From contig OZ024748.1 of NCBI GenBank assembly GCA_964016885.1, forward strand, positions 47,306,001-47,370,000: a stretch of 64,000 nt of DNA, written 5' to 3'. This DNA comes from Eledone cirrhosa (Eukaryota). Positions 32,935-49,120 of this stretch are shown here, in pieces. Under the pieces are notes generated by a model that saw nothing but the letters and a program-made list of their open reading frames with translations, searched no databases and was not told the origin of the DNA. Within the stretch, counting starts at the first letter, position 1; every line of letters begins with the position of its first letter. Both the position numbers and the translations under genes were made by a program.

Positions 32935-34920
32935 TAGCACAGCAGCAACAACAACGATATCCGCAGCACCAACAGTAACAGTGAAGTAAACATGTTTGAC
33001 ATTATAAACAGAGTTGACAGTAACAATAACAGGAAAAAGAACAATAGCACCACCTGCAAGGCCAGCAGTGATAGCAGCAACAACAGCAACAGCACCACCT
33101 GCAACAGCAGCAACAGCAGCAAAATCTACAGCAATAACAGCAATAACAGCAGCAAAACTACAGCAATAACAGCAATAACAGCAACAACAGCAGAAAAAAA
33201 CTACAGCAATAACAGCAATAGCAGCAGCAACAGCAGAAAAAATCTACAGCAATAACAGCAATAACAGCAACAACAGCAGAAAAAACTACAGCAATATTAT
33301 CAACAACAGCAGAAAAAATCTACAGCAATAACAGCAATAACAGCAACAACAGCAGCAAAAACTACAGCAATAGCAGCAACAACAGCAGCAAAATCTACAG
33401 CAATAACAATCACAGCAGCAGCAAAATAACAGCAACAACAGCAACAATAACAGCAGTAACAGCAATAACAGCAATAAGAGCAATAACAGCAACAACAAGA
33501 GCAGCAATATAAGCAGCAATGATAGCAGCAACAGCAGCAACAAAAACAGCAGCCGTGTAAATATAGCAAGTGTATTCCTTTGACATGAAGGACAAGATAG
33601 ATACCACCATATATAGCTACAACAACAACAACAACACAAGTAACAGGAACAATTATAACGACAGATGCAACAGCAATAACCACAACAGCATCAGCTATGG
33701 TGATCTACTCATCTATATTCCAGACAACAAATCTGCTGCAATGTAGGCAATACAAGCAACACCAGATATCACACAACACCCCCACAACACCTCACAACAC
33801 CACACAACACACAATACCACACAACATTACATAGTGCCACACACTACCACAACACCACACAACACTACATAGTGCCACACAACACCACCACACCACACAA
33901 CACTAACCAATGCCTCACAACACTACCCAACACTACCCAACACCACACAACACTACCCAATGACTCACAACACTTCACAACACTACACAACACTACCCAA
34001 TGCCTCACAACACCACACAACACTACATAGTGCCACACAACACGCAACACCACACAACACTACATAGTGCCACACAACACCATAACACCACACAACACTA
34101 CATAGTTCCACACAACACCACACAACACTACATAGTCCCACACAACAACACAACACCACACAACACTACATAGTGCCACACAACACCACCACACCACACA
34201 ACACTACATATTGCCACACAACACTACATATTGCCACACAACACCACAACACCACACAACACTACATAGTGCCACACAACACCACAACACCACAAAACAC
34301 TACATAGTGCCATACAACACCACACAACACTACATAGTGCCACACAACACCACACAACACTACATAGTGCCACACAACACCACACAACACTACATAGTGC
34401 CACACAACATCACAAGACCACACAACACTTCATAGTGCCACACAATACACAACACCACACAACGCTACATAGTGCCACACAATACCACAACACCACACAA
34501 CGCTACATAGTGCCATACAACACACAACACTACATAGTGACACACAAGACACAACACTACCCAACACCATAATTTTACACAACACCAACACAGCACCACA
34601 CAACACCACACAACACAACCCAACACTCCACAACAGTAACCAATGACTCCCAACACTACCCAACACTTCACAACACTACCCAACACTTCACAACACTACC
34701 CAACACTCCACAACACTACCCAACACTCCACAACACTACCCAACACCTAACAACACTACCCAACACTTCACAATACTACCGAAAGCCACACAACACCACC
34801 CAACACCACAAAACACTATCCAGCACTTCACAACACTACACAACACCCTACAATGTCATCTACAACCACCTGTACCACCCACCACCACCGAACACCTCAC
34901 AACACCACCCAACCCCACAT
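32935..34920. repeat. (CAG/CAA)n and CACAACAC-type low-complexity tandem repeats
   Basis: Repeats such as cacacaacactacatagtgc and acaacactacccaacact. Confidence 0.9.
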
Positions 34921-36057
34921 AGTGCCGTCCATCACAAACCCGTTCCACCCTGCCCACCCTCACCCAACCCCATAATCCTATCCTAAAACAACATTAATAT
35001 GTCAGTGATAAAAACAACAGCAGCCCGTCATAGATCGAAGCCGGTCTGGTCTTGTTGTTTAGGTAATCGATCAGTTAGTGGAGGAAGGGGTAGAGGATAG
35101 TGGGGGTGTATGGTGGCCTGGAGGACGATAATATTGCTGGAGGGTGGAGACGGGGGTAGGTAGTAGAGTTGGTGGGCGATGGGGGGGTAGGTAGGAACTG
35201 GGGAAGGAGCATGGTGGTGGTGGTGGTGGTGGTGTAGAGTGGTGGTGATGGTGGTGGTGGTGGTGGTGGCGTAGGGCCGTGGTGGTGATGGTGGAGGTGG
35301 TGGTGGTGGTAATGTATATATTGGAGTAAAGGAGAACGATGGCGGTGGGTGAGAGGAGAGGAGGTGTAGACGTGGGGTGGGGGAAAAGATGAAGATTGGG
35401 GAAGGTTAATCGGAGAGGCGGGGGTAGATGTGAGGTGGGGGATGTCAAAGATAGAGGAGGTTGAGAGGAGGGGAGAGCGGGTGTAGACGTGATGGTGTAG
35501 GTAGGAGGACAATAAAGGAGGGTGAGACGCAAGGTGGGTTAAACGTCAGATGGGGGGAGGGAGAGAGGTTAGAGGAAGGTGAAAGAAGGGGAGGTGCAGG
35601 TGTGATGGTGAAGGAGAACGATAGAGGAGAGTGGGAGGAGAGATTTGGAAAATGTGAGGAAGAGGGAAAGGAGAAAGAGATGGTAGTGAGATTGAGAGGA
35701 GTTTTGGGGAAGGGGAGAGAGAAGAGAGGAGAGTGACAGGAGAGATGGGTAAGACATCATGTGAGGGAAGGCGAGAGGTTAAAGGAAGTTGAGAGGAGAA
35801 GTGGTAGTGGAAGGGGAGAGGTTAGAGGAAGTTGAGAGGAGAGGTGGTGTAGGCGTGATGGTGAAGGAGGGGTTACATGTACCATTAAGCTATTGGTGCA
35901 GCTGGTCAAGGTATGGAGATATGCCAGCATCAATGGTCAACACGGACGGAACCAATCAGAAATAACGTAACAAAAAATATTCAACATTTCAGGATATGTT
36001 GGTGAGGGATTTGGAGTAAAGTACACACAGACACACAAACATATACACATACACAAA

Positions 36058-36101
<44 letters not shown>

Positions 36102-36183
36102 GACACACTCACACATACACACACACACAAACACACAAGTTAATATATATTTATATATGTGTGTGCGTGTGTTTGTGTGTATA

Positions 36184-36255
<72 letters not shown>

Positions 36256-36363
36256 CAGAGACATACACACACATTCAGAGATCATTAATAAGAAAATGGA
36301 TCTCGAAAAGTCATGACAATTGGCATTACGATTGTTTGATCAACGAGGCAGGATATATATATT

Positions 36364-36491
<128 letters not shown>

Positions 36492-36893
36492 CAGTATATA
36501 TACTCACATATACGTCTATTAAATTAGACATGGCCTGGGCCAACGCTGGCCGAAACTTATCAAAGTTATATATATATAAAGGCCATGGGCGTGCTACGGA
36601 TCGATGTTCTGTTTTAAGCGCCGAAACATCCAAGACCCGTAGTAAACAGCTGGCGAAGCGAACCTTTTCTTCTATTGTTTGAGTCCCGATTACCTTCTAC
36701 CACTTCGTTTTCATATATATATATATATATATATTCGGGTTAGGAGACGAGGCCGTGTGGTTACTGAAAACGAAGTGGTAGAAGGTACACCTTTACCTTT
36801 GTCCTCTTGCATGCATACATACATACATACATACATACATACATACATACATACATACATACATACATACATACATACATACATACATACATA

Positions 36894-37607
36894 AAACACT
36901 GTACACTGCAGTTCGTAAAAAAGATAGCCCGGATAATAAACACATTAAAAGCTACAGCAATGTGGAAGACATCCATGTACATAATATGAAAGAGTACTGG
37001 TGGAATGTTCCAGTAAAAACCCCAATAAAATGCAGGCCTAACAGACCAGATATTATGATATGGGACAGGGAGAAGAAAACATACACAGTAGTGGAAATTA
37101 GCTGCCCAGCAGATGCCAATATAATATCAAAGTTTAGTGAAAAGGAGAATATTTATGCAGAACTTATGAGAAATCTGCAGATACCCGACTCTGATTACAC
37201 CTTCAGATTTATGCCTGTGATTATTGGGGCACTGGGATATGTTAGTAACTGCCTCAATACAAATCTTGAGAAGCTAGGCTTCACAGGAACAGAAAGAACA
37301 CAACTAGTTAGGAAACTACAAGTACAATCCATTAATGGAACAGTAAAAATATGTAAAACATTCCAAAAATGTTGCATCTAATAACTGCATATACACATGT
37401 ACAGATACAAAGCATATACACATGCACACATACAACTCAAAACATACACATCCACATATACAATAACAATCCATATCTACACATGCATGCATACATATCT
37501 ACCTAGTTGATGTTGTGTAAATTCCAATGAGAGAGTCTTGTGTCTATGTTAGAAACCGACGCTCTCTCTATTGGTAAACGTTTGTGAAATTATAAAACCA
37601 GAAGAAC
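36894..37607 (+). mobile_element. R4/Dong-like non-LTR retrotransposon 3' fragment (restriction-like endonuclease)
   Basis: WWNVPVKT..NRPDIMIWD..VVEISCPADANI..EKENIYAEL..PVIIGALG; flanked by TACA repeats on both sides. Confidence 0.85.
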
Positions 37608-37616
37608 ATACATACA

Positions 37617-37719
<103 letters not shown>

Positions 37720-37774
37720 ATGTATGTATGTATGTATGTATGTATGTATGTATGTATGTATGTATGTATGTATG

Positions 37775-38626
37775 CAAGAGGACAAAGGTAAAGGTGTACA
37801 AGGCATGTGTGCTCTCCTGTCTTCTTTCTGCCTGCGAGACCTGGGTCACATATCGACACCACCTTAAGCAATTGGAGCGTTTCCATCAGATGTGTCTCAG
37901 ACGGATCCATGGCGTTCATGGAGGGACCACATCAGTGATGTCGAGATTTTGGAAAGCTCTATGTGTGATAGTATAGAATCTCTTGTGCTTAAGCAACGAC
38001 TCCGTTGGAGTGGTCACCTTGCCAGGATGAAGGATTCTAGAATACCAAAACAACTCTTTTATGGAGAGTTAGTTAAAGGAAAACGACCGCCACATAAACC
38101 AAAAAAGAGGTATAAGGATTCATTGAAAGCCTCTTTTAAAGGCGCTAACATCTCTGCTGATACATGGGAAAGTATTGCTGCTGATCGTAATAAATGGAGA
38201 AAGACTGTATATGAGGGAAAAGTTGCCTTTGAGGCTTCTCGAATCGCATACGAGAAAGTAAAGAGGGATGTGAGGAAGGGCATTGCTGTTGCACTTCCAG
38301 ACGGCGAGGGTCCTCCTATGGTACTGACATGCAACGTCTGTGCGAGACTCTGCCTAAGCAAAGCTGGACTCGAAAGTCATCTTCGCAGTCATAAAGTAAG
38401 ACCAGTGGTTGACTACCAGGCTGCTGTTGGAGATGCTACTCATCATGCTTGCCAAGCATGTGGTAGAGAATGTAAATCAGCAGGAGGGCTCAAGCGACAT
38501 GCAAAAGTACACGAACTCCAACCACAGCCGGCTATTCCCAGTGAATGTTTTGGTTGCCGACTCTATGCAATACGTTTTAGATCATTGGCTGGGCTAAAAA
38601 GTCACATTCGATCGCAGCGCTGTTAG
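37775..38626 (+). mobile_element. RTE-clade LINE 3' fragment with C-terminal C2H2 fingers
   Basis: [30 protein letters not shown] / RLRWSGHLARMKDSRIPKQLFYGEL..KRYKDSLK..CNVC..H..H, CQAC..H..H, third finger degenerate; one frameshift. Confidence 0.9.
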
Positions 38627-38975
38627 TTGCTATCGTGTGTGTGTATAGATATGTTTATGTGTGTGCGTGTGTGTGTGTATATACACACACACGCACACAC
38701 ACACATATATATAAATATAGAGAGAGAGATATGTATATATGTATATATATATGCATACACACACACACGACTAGTTTCCGTATAGTTTCCTTCCGACAGA
38801 TTCTACAGTCCCTCACAAGATATTCTATCCGTATCTATGTTAGTGGGTTAGTTAGATGATACTTTGCCAAAGTGCCTTGCGTTGTGACCGAACTGGGAAG
38901 GGAGGATTGGGAAAATAAATTTAATATGTCTTAAACATTATGGGACTATTCCTTTCTCAAAGCATCCATATTATA

Positions 38976-39066
<91 letters not shown>

Positions 39067-39262
39067 CGTAGGTCCCGGGTTGAGTCGGGGATAACCACAG
39101 TAAGTAAGGTACTCAATACATGGCAGAGTAAATTTTTTTATTTTATTTTATAGAAGGAGCTTCTACAGGACTAGTACTGTTTCATTCAGATGAAATCTTC
39201 AGGAAGCTCCTGAAGATTTCATCTGAATGAAACAGTACTAGTCCTGTAGAAGCTCCTTCTAT

Positions 39263-39329
<67 letters not shown>

Positions 39330-39659
39330 ATATCTTATCCAAGGAAAACTTGAACCGTTAATGTATATTCTCCTTGGTTATGTCAACATTTATAAAACAC
39401 ACTTCGTATTTTATCTGATGATAGCCTACCAAAATGTTGATGCACTCGAAATATATATAATAGAATAAATATGGTTTTATAAATATAGTTTCCATTTATT
39501 TAATATCATTGTGTATATATATATATATTTATTTATTTATTTATTTATTTATATTTATACATATAGATATATGCGTGTTTGTTTGAGTGTATGATATGAT
39601 ACGATATATGATATACATATCTATCTATGTATCTATCTATCTATATATATATATGCATA

Positions 39660-39749
<90 letters not shown>

Positions 39750-39772
39750 ATGATATATATATGTATATATAT

Positions 39773-39827
<55 letters not shown>

Positions 39828-39828
39828 G

Positions 39829-39862
<34 letters not shown>

Positions 39863-39869
39863 TCATATG

Positions 39870-40036
<167 letters not shown>

Positions 40037-41502
40037 TATGCAGTTAGGTATGTATGTATATCGATTACTTTACTTAAGCTCAAGGGCCCTGAGGTGTATG
40101 TGTCTGTATATATGTTTGTGTATGTGCGCATGTGTGCGCATCTGTGTGTGTTTACTTTACTGGATGTTATCATTTAAAATCTGATGTTGAGTAGGTCAAA
40201 CTTCGTGACCTCTCAGGTGTGCTTTTGGGATGTATGACCTCTTAGGATGCTTCTCCAAAATCTCCATCTATTTAGTAGTCTGATCAAGGTATTGTTCCCA
40301 CATTAAATATTCATAGAACACAGAATATCAACTCTAAATTTATACACAGTTCTTCCTGCTGCTTCCGTCTTTATGTTTGTCTTTACGGGTCTGGGTGAGG
40401 GGGGACTAGTGCATGTGTATGTGTGTGTGTGTGGAGGGGGGTAGTGTGGTCGTGCGTGTGCGTTTGGGAGGGGGGGGTCTGGGAGTGTGTGTGTGTCTCT
40501 GTGGGGGGACTTGTGTGTTTTTGTTTGTGTGTGTGTGTATGGCTTTGTGTGTCTGTGGGTGTGCGGATTTGTGTGTGTGTGTATGTCGCTTTGTGTGTCT
40601 GTGTGTGTGTTTAGATTTGTGTGTGTGTGTATGTGGCTTTGTGAGTGTTTATGTGTGTGTGTGTGTGTGTGTGTGTGCGGATTTGTATATGTCAGAGCAC
40701 CTTTGTGTGTGCAGATTTGTGTGTTTTTATGTGTCTGTGTGTGTGTGTGTGTGCGGATTTCTGCGTGTGTCTTTGTCTGTGTAGCTTTGTCTACATGCGT
40801 GCTGATATGTGTGTCTTTCTGTTTGTGTGTGTCTATGCGTCTGTGCGTGTGTTTCTGTGTGTGTGTGGATACACAGACTCTCTCTCATCTTTAGGCACAT
40901 ACTCATACACACACAGGCTTATACACACACACACATCTCACATACACACATACAGAGACGTAGGAGATATTTTCCTCCTTTCTTTGAGTGTGTGGATCTG
41001 TTTGTACGTGTGTGTGTATGTATGTGCGTGTGTATGTATATATGTGTGTGTGTGTAAATATATGTGCGTATGTGTGCGTGTTTTGTGCATGTACGTTCGT
41101 GATTTTGTTGTATGTATGTGCGTGCTTGTGTGCGTATATGCGTGTGTATGTGAAAATAGATCTGTCTGTGTGCGTATATACGTGTGTATATGTATATAGA
41201 TTTGTCTGTGTGTGTATGTATGTATTTGTGTGTGTAAGCATGTGCGTGTATGTATGTGTGTGTGCATGTATGCCCGTGTATGCGTGTGTGTGTGTAGTGA
41301 GTTGGTTTCTCAGAAATTATTAATTTAACCAATAATCTACATCACGAAACTGAGAATCAAAGAGAGGTAAAGGTGAGGGTTGGGATAGTGGGGGAGAGGT
41401 TGGAAGGAAGGTGGAGAGAGGGAGAGAGAGAATAACTGAACGACAAATATAGAACGATCTCTCTCTGTCTCTCTATCTCTCTATCTCTATCTCTATCTCT
41501 CT

Positions 41503-41543
<41 letters not shown>

Positions 41544-41683
41544 GAGGGAGATAAAGCGGGGGAGTACATGACGAGAGGTCGAGAAAGAGAGGGAGAATGT
41601 CTGAGCAATAAGAGATAGATGAAAGGTTGTAAAAAAATGGATGAGGAGAGAGTGTGTGTGTGTGTGTGAGTGAGAGAGAGAGG

Positions 41684-41716
<33 letters not shown>

Positions 41717-41851
41717 GGTGTGTGTGTGTGAGAGTGAGAGAGAGAGAGGGTGTGTGTGTGTGAGAGTGAGAGAGAGAGAGGGTGTGTGTGTGAGAGGGAG
41801 AGAGAGAGAGAGAGAGGGTGTGTGTATGTGAGAGAGTGACAGAGAGAGAGG

Positions 41852-41906
<55 letters not shown>

Positions 41907-42301
41907 TGGACGAGGAAAGACAGAGAGAAGAGGTTTCCACCTGCAACAAGAGACATTCACCCAATTATCAAAATAAGAGAAAATATTAGAAAAAGATTAT
42001 ATTTTCCGTTCAACCGTGACACGACATTAAAATTTCATCTGGCCTAATTTTACTTGAATACTTCTTATTGCTCCTATTGTTTAAAGATGATGCTGTTGAT
42101 GTTCTTGGAATGGGGGTGGAGGTTGTGCTGGTTGGGCTCATTGTGGAGGGACGCAATAGTTGTAGTAACATTTATACTGCACGAAACTGCACACTAGGTG
42201 GTGGATGACGAAGTATAGATGTACTTGCGTATTCGTCTTATGTAACCGTTTTGCTGTACGCACGCATATATTTTACTAAAGTGGCTGCACATCGGTTATT
42301 C

Positions 42302-42404
<103 letters not shown>

Positions 42405-42586
42405 ATATATTTATATATATATATATATATAATGTATATATATATATATATATAATGTATATATATATATATATATATATATAATGTATATATATATATA
42501 TATATATATATACAGTATATATACAGTATATATATATATATAATGTATATATATATATATATATATAATGTATATATATATATATA

Positions 42587-42672
<86 letters not shown>

Positions 42673-42673
42673 G

Positions 42674-42766
<93 letters not shown>

Positions 42767-43016
42767 GTATATATATATATATATACAGTATATGTTTATA
42801 TATATATATTTATATATATATATACGTAGGTCCCGGGTCGAGTCGGGGATAACCACAGTAAGTAAGGTACTCAATACATGGTAGAGTAAACATTTTTTAT
42901 TTTATAGAAGGAGCTTCTACAGGACTAGTACTGTTTCATTCAGATGAAATCTTCAGGAAGCAGCTGAAGATTTCATCTGAATGAAACAGTACTAGTCCTG
43001 TAGAAGCTCCTTCTAT

Positions 43017-43431
<415 letters not shown>

Positions 43432-44122
43432 ACGCCTGTCTCCATCTCCGTCTGATTGTCAAAATACATATTAACATTCTCTATTAGTCTTAATTCTATC
43501 AACTCTTCTATTCTTTACCATTTAATATAAACTGCTATAGATAAAATGAGATTTCTTAATTCAATTCCCTAATGCATATACCAGCAGGCTACCAGCATTG
43601 TTGTTATTCAGTAGCAATGAAAATCTCCCTCTTCCTTAATTGACACTTTATAATTAATACTACTACACCAAACGACCAGCCCTGTCCATTGTTCAATTGG
43701 TCAAGTATAGATTAAAATAGGCACTCCCAAAAATTCTTATTTACATAAAGTAAACCATATACTCATTGTATTCTCATTAGAAACCTTTATATACTTGTTT
43801 ACCAGTAAATTGAATTGCCATCTGTCATATACTATCCCCTCTCTTCTTCCTTTATAATATAAATATTTCAATATATAAATATAAATATTTCAATATATAA
43901 ATACTTCAATATATAAATACTTCAATTTTTCTGATTTTTTCCAATTTATCCAATATCTCAGAAGAAGTGACAACTGATTATACATTTGCTATCGAATACT
44001 TGCTAACATTATATGATTACGCAAGCAGCGATACATAGGTATTCCGTCTGTTACAGAAACATATGTCAATACCTAATAAATTCCTTTTTAAAAAAAAGCA
44101 CTTTCATTTTATATTCGTCTTT

Positions 44123-44185
<63 letters not shown>

Positions 44186-44219
44186 TATATATTTATATAT
44201 ATATATATATATATGTATA

Positions 44220-44254
<35 letters not shown>

Positions 44255-44256
<2 letters not shown>

Positions 44257-44442
44257 AGTGTCTGTCCTTAGGGCATCAACATACGTTATCCTTGGTTTTC
44301 CTCGTCCAGTGTGTTCATGCAGGGGCTCCCACAGGAACACTGAGTGCAGTGTCAACTCTGGATGTCGGTGAGCATGTCCAGCTAACCTCAGTCTCCTCTG
44401 TGTCACTTTTGAGCTGACTTTTGGGAGGCTCCCATACAGCTC
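44255..44442 (-). mobile_element. Internal RTE fragment homologous to 1373-1560
   Basis: [37 protein letters not shown], running straight into (TA)n. Confidence 0.85.
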
Positions 44443-45299
44443 TTATGGTGCGCTTTCATCAGATAAAATACAGATTTGTTTTATAAATAAATATTGACAT
44501 TCCCGGAAAAAAGACAACCTCATCGGTTGAAATTCGCTGGATAGTGGAGATAATTGAGGGTGATACAAAGTTGTGAGTGAGTATGCAAATGAGTGTCAGG
44601 AAAATTGAAACAAACAGCGGTTTATTTAAATTAAACTGTTGGAAGGAAATAGATGTAAAAGGGAGAGAGACAAAAAATTGAGAGGGAGAGAGAGAGAGAA
44701 AAAATATATTGAATGGGAGGGAGATAGAATAGTTAGATGGGAGAGAGAAGAGAATAGAAAGAGAAAGAGAGAGAGATAGAAGAAAAAAGAGAAAATATAT
44801 AATATTGAGAGAGAGTGAAGGATAGAACAAATATTGAGATGGAGAGAGAAAGGAAAAAGTATTGAGAGGGAGAGAGAAAAGAATATTGAAAAAAATATTG
44901 AAAATAAGAGGGAGAAAGAGTAGTGAGAGGGAGAGAGAAGAAAGAGAAAGCGAAAGAGGGGCGAAGTGAGCGAAGAAATACATTTTTTTTTCTGACACTC
45001 ATTTGCATACTCACTCACCATTTTGTATCACCCTCAATTATCTCCAACTATCCAGCGAATTTTAACCGTTGAGGTTGTCTTTTTTCCGGGTTTGTCAATA
45101 TTTATTTATAAAACAAATCTGTATTTTATCTGATGAAAGCGCACCATAATTTACCTTGGTCGCCCTTGAAATATATATAATAAAATAATTATGGTTTTAA
45201 AAATATAGTTTCCATTTACTCCACTAAACTGTTGAGTGCTTTATATCAGTTATAAAAATGTTTAAGCATGTTGAATCCCAACAAATTAAATATAAGCTC

Positions 45300-45302
<3 letters not shown>
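44443..45302 (+). mobile_element. Family D element with about 160-bp inverted arms and hammerhead starting at 45122
   Basis: 44443-44604 inverted versus 44986-45149; tattttat-CTGATGA(45130)..GAAA-tatata-TA|ataaaata. Confidence 0.85.
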
Positions 45303-45337
<35 letters not shown>

Positions 45338-45341
45338 AATG

Positions 45342-45418
<77 letters not shown>

Positions 45419-45606
45419 CGGAGGAAATGTGGTAAGGAACCAGGTACATCCATAACGCACCAAAGTACTCAATACTTAGGGTAGTAGAGTGAGTAATAGG
45501 AACGAGTAGGACCCCGACTGCTGAGTTCAAGCCGTTTCGACGGCTGATTTTGTGTATAATAGATATAGGAATATCATATATATGATTAGTATGGACACGT
45601 TAGCAA

Positions 45607-45704
<98 letters not shown>

Positions 45705-45766
45705 TTGCTAACGTGTCCATACTAATCATACATATGATATTCCTATATCTATTATACACAAAATCA

Positions 45767-45800
<34 letters not shown>

Positions 45801-46184
45801 GGTATATGTGCATGTATATATGTATGTATATATCTAAGTATGTATACATATATGTACGTATATATGTATACATATGTATATATATATATATGTATGTATG
45901 TGTATAAGTGCATGCAAGTCTTTATGCATTTATACATATATGTTTGTATATATGTATGTATATATATAAGTATATATAAATATATGTATGTATATATGTA
46001 TGTAAGCATGCATGTATATAAAAATTATAAATTTCTTCCTCGTCAGGGGCCTTTGAGACGAAGCTAATCAAGAATTCTCTTCGCAATAAAAGTAGACTTG
46101 AAGAGAATCGACCCAGTTAAATGTTCTATATTGCAACTGAATACAATACTGCCCTTTGTTAATTAACACTACCTTTTGTTATAA

Positions 46185-46300
<116 letters not shown>

Positions 46301-46368
46301 TTATATATATACATATATATATATACTTATATATACATATATATATTATATATATACAACTATACATA

Positions 46369-46400
<32 letters not shown>

Positions 46401-46443
46401 GTATACATATATACATGTTATATCTATATATACACACACACAC

Positions 46444-46498
<55 letters not shown>

Positions 46499-46766
46499 GG
46501 AATGTATGTGTGCACCCACAAACAATTATGCATAATTCAATATACTCATATATATATGTGTGTGTGTGTGTGTATGCGCGCTTGTGTGTGTGTGCGACTA
46601 TATGTATATATGTAAGTATATAGAACATATGTAGATGAAGGCTTTTTTTTCTATCAATACGCATATCTTGTCCATAGATCCATTTGCACATACATTCGTA
46701 CATAGATACGCATATACATTCATAAATACGTACTTACACACACACACACATACACACGCACACACA

Positions 46767-46858
<92 letters not shown>

Positions 46859-47874
46859 CGAAGGAATTGTGGTAAGGAACCAGGTGGACCATAATGCACC
46901 AGAGTACTCAATACTTAGGGTAGTAATGTGGGTAATAGGAACAAGTATGACCCCGACGGCAGACAGAACTCAAGCCGTTTCGCCGGCTATTTCTGGACGT
47001 CCAGAAATAACCGTCGAAACGGCTTGAACTCTGCCGTCGGGATCATACTTGTTCCTATATATATATATATATATGAATAAAGTTAGTCCTTCATCAGTGA
47101 TCTTCCAACCATCATTGGTATTTCATCGCTTTAAAGACCATATACCTCCGGTTGGTGCGAGCAACGGCTAAAGAAAGTCGTTGGGACACGTAAATAAGGG
47201 GAACGAGCGAGAGTGTAAACAAACAAAGATGGTAAAGCAACGAAAAATGAGGAAGAAAGAATCAAGTCCCAGATTTCCATGAATATAAGTTCGGTGAAAT
47301 CGTGAACGAGAGAGAATAAAGACCATCAAACTTGGTTGAAATGTGAGCAAGGAAGGAATTCCGCACAGGTCAAACGGGAGATATATATATATATATACAA
47401 TATATTCATATTCTTGCACCGTAACCACAATATTCCATTAAAGCGAGGAGGGTTGAGCACAGAGTAAATTAATCAAGTTTAGTTATATATATATATATAT
47501 TTAAATAGTACAATGAGGCAGGGCAGCCATATTTCCCTTGAATGCTATATAAACCTGAACAACCTTGACCACTAAATTTAATGAACGAAAGCTCTATGGT
47601 AGATAATCAGCAATGTGTGTAATAGTATGTGTAAAATAACGAAATACACAAACATACAGAAACACACGCACACACACCATCAGACATATATATATATATG
47701 TATGTATGTATTAGTCTTGCAAGGTTTTTGATATGAAATCGTGTGTTGAAACAAGTATTGTTGTGATATTGCCAGAAATATATAATAAAACACACTCACT
47801 CTTTGGTTTGGGATGGTTTTCGCTTCTGTATATTTTTATATCCCTATAGTTAATTTAACTGGCAATCGATATTT

Positions 47875-47972
<98 letters not shown>

Positions 47973-48074
47973 TATATTTATATATATATATGAATATATT
48001 TATATATATATATATGAATATATTTATATATATATATATATATATATATGAATATATATATATATATATTTATA

Positions 48075-48156
<82 letters not shown>

Positions 48157-48240
48157 TATATTTATATATATATATATATATGAATATATTTATATATATA
48201 TATATATATATATATGAATATATATATATATATATATATA

Positions 48241-48337
<97 letters not shown>

Positions 48338-48896
48338 CGAAGGAGGTGTGGTAAGGAATCAGATGGACCATAGTGCAACAGACTACTCAATACTTAGGGT
48401 AGTTGAGTGGGTAATATGAAAATGTTTGACCCCGACGGCAGAGCTCAACCCGTTTCGACGGCTATGTCTGGACACAGAAATAGCCGTCGAAACGGCTTGA
48501 TCACTGCCATCGGCGTTAAACATTTTCCTTCCCTGAGTGCAACCATTTTCGTTGCTATGGCAATGCAGCTGGACTGCCTATCGCTATATTTGATTTGCTA
48601 AGCTGTCTAAACGTATTGTTATTACTCTGGGGTACTTTTCCCTATCGAGTGCTAAAGCTAAAACCGAATTTGCATTCGTTAGCTTGGCCGCAACCTAAAG
48701 CTTCGTTAATGCTGTTATAAAATACGTATATACATATATATATATATATAAATGTAATCTGAGGTTTTATATATACTAGCAGAATGGCCCGACGTTGCTC
48801 GGGATTTGCTCTATTTATCCGTATCGAGCCTCGTGAAATAAATACGTTTCTTTATATTTTGTTGTTGTGTATGCAAAAATATCTGTACACGAATAT

Positions 48897-48988
<92 letters not shown>

Positions 48989-49120
48989 GATAAATCTACC
49001 AAGAGTTTACGGTAGTGTCCAATCCGTATGAAGAACTCAATGTAATCCGGATATCATGGACAGAAGAGATGCAATGAAAAATCACATTCGGTGAAAGATA
49101 AACGGAATACAGAGTCAAGA

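Noticed and set aside
41925-41960. Splice-acceptor-like tctcttgttgcag on the minus strand; also a possible mini-exon at 40350-40394
   Set aside because: No recognisable peptide or partner exon.
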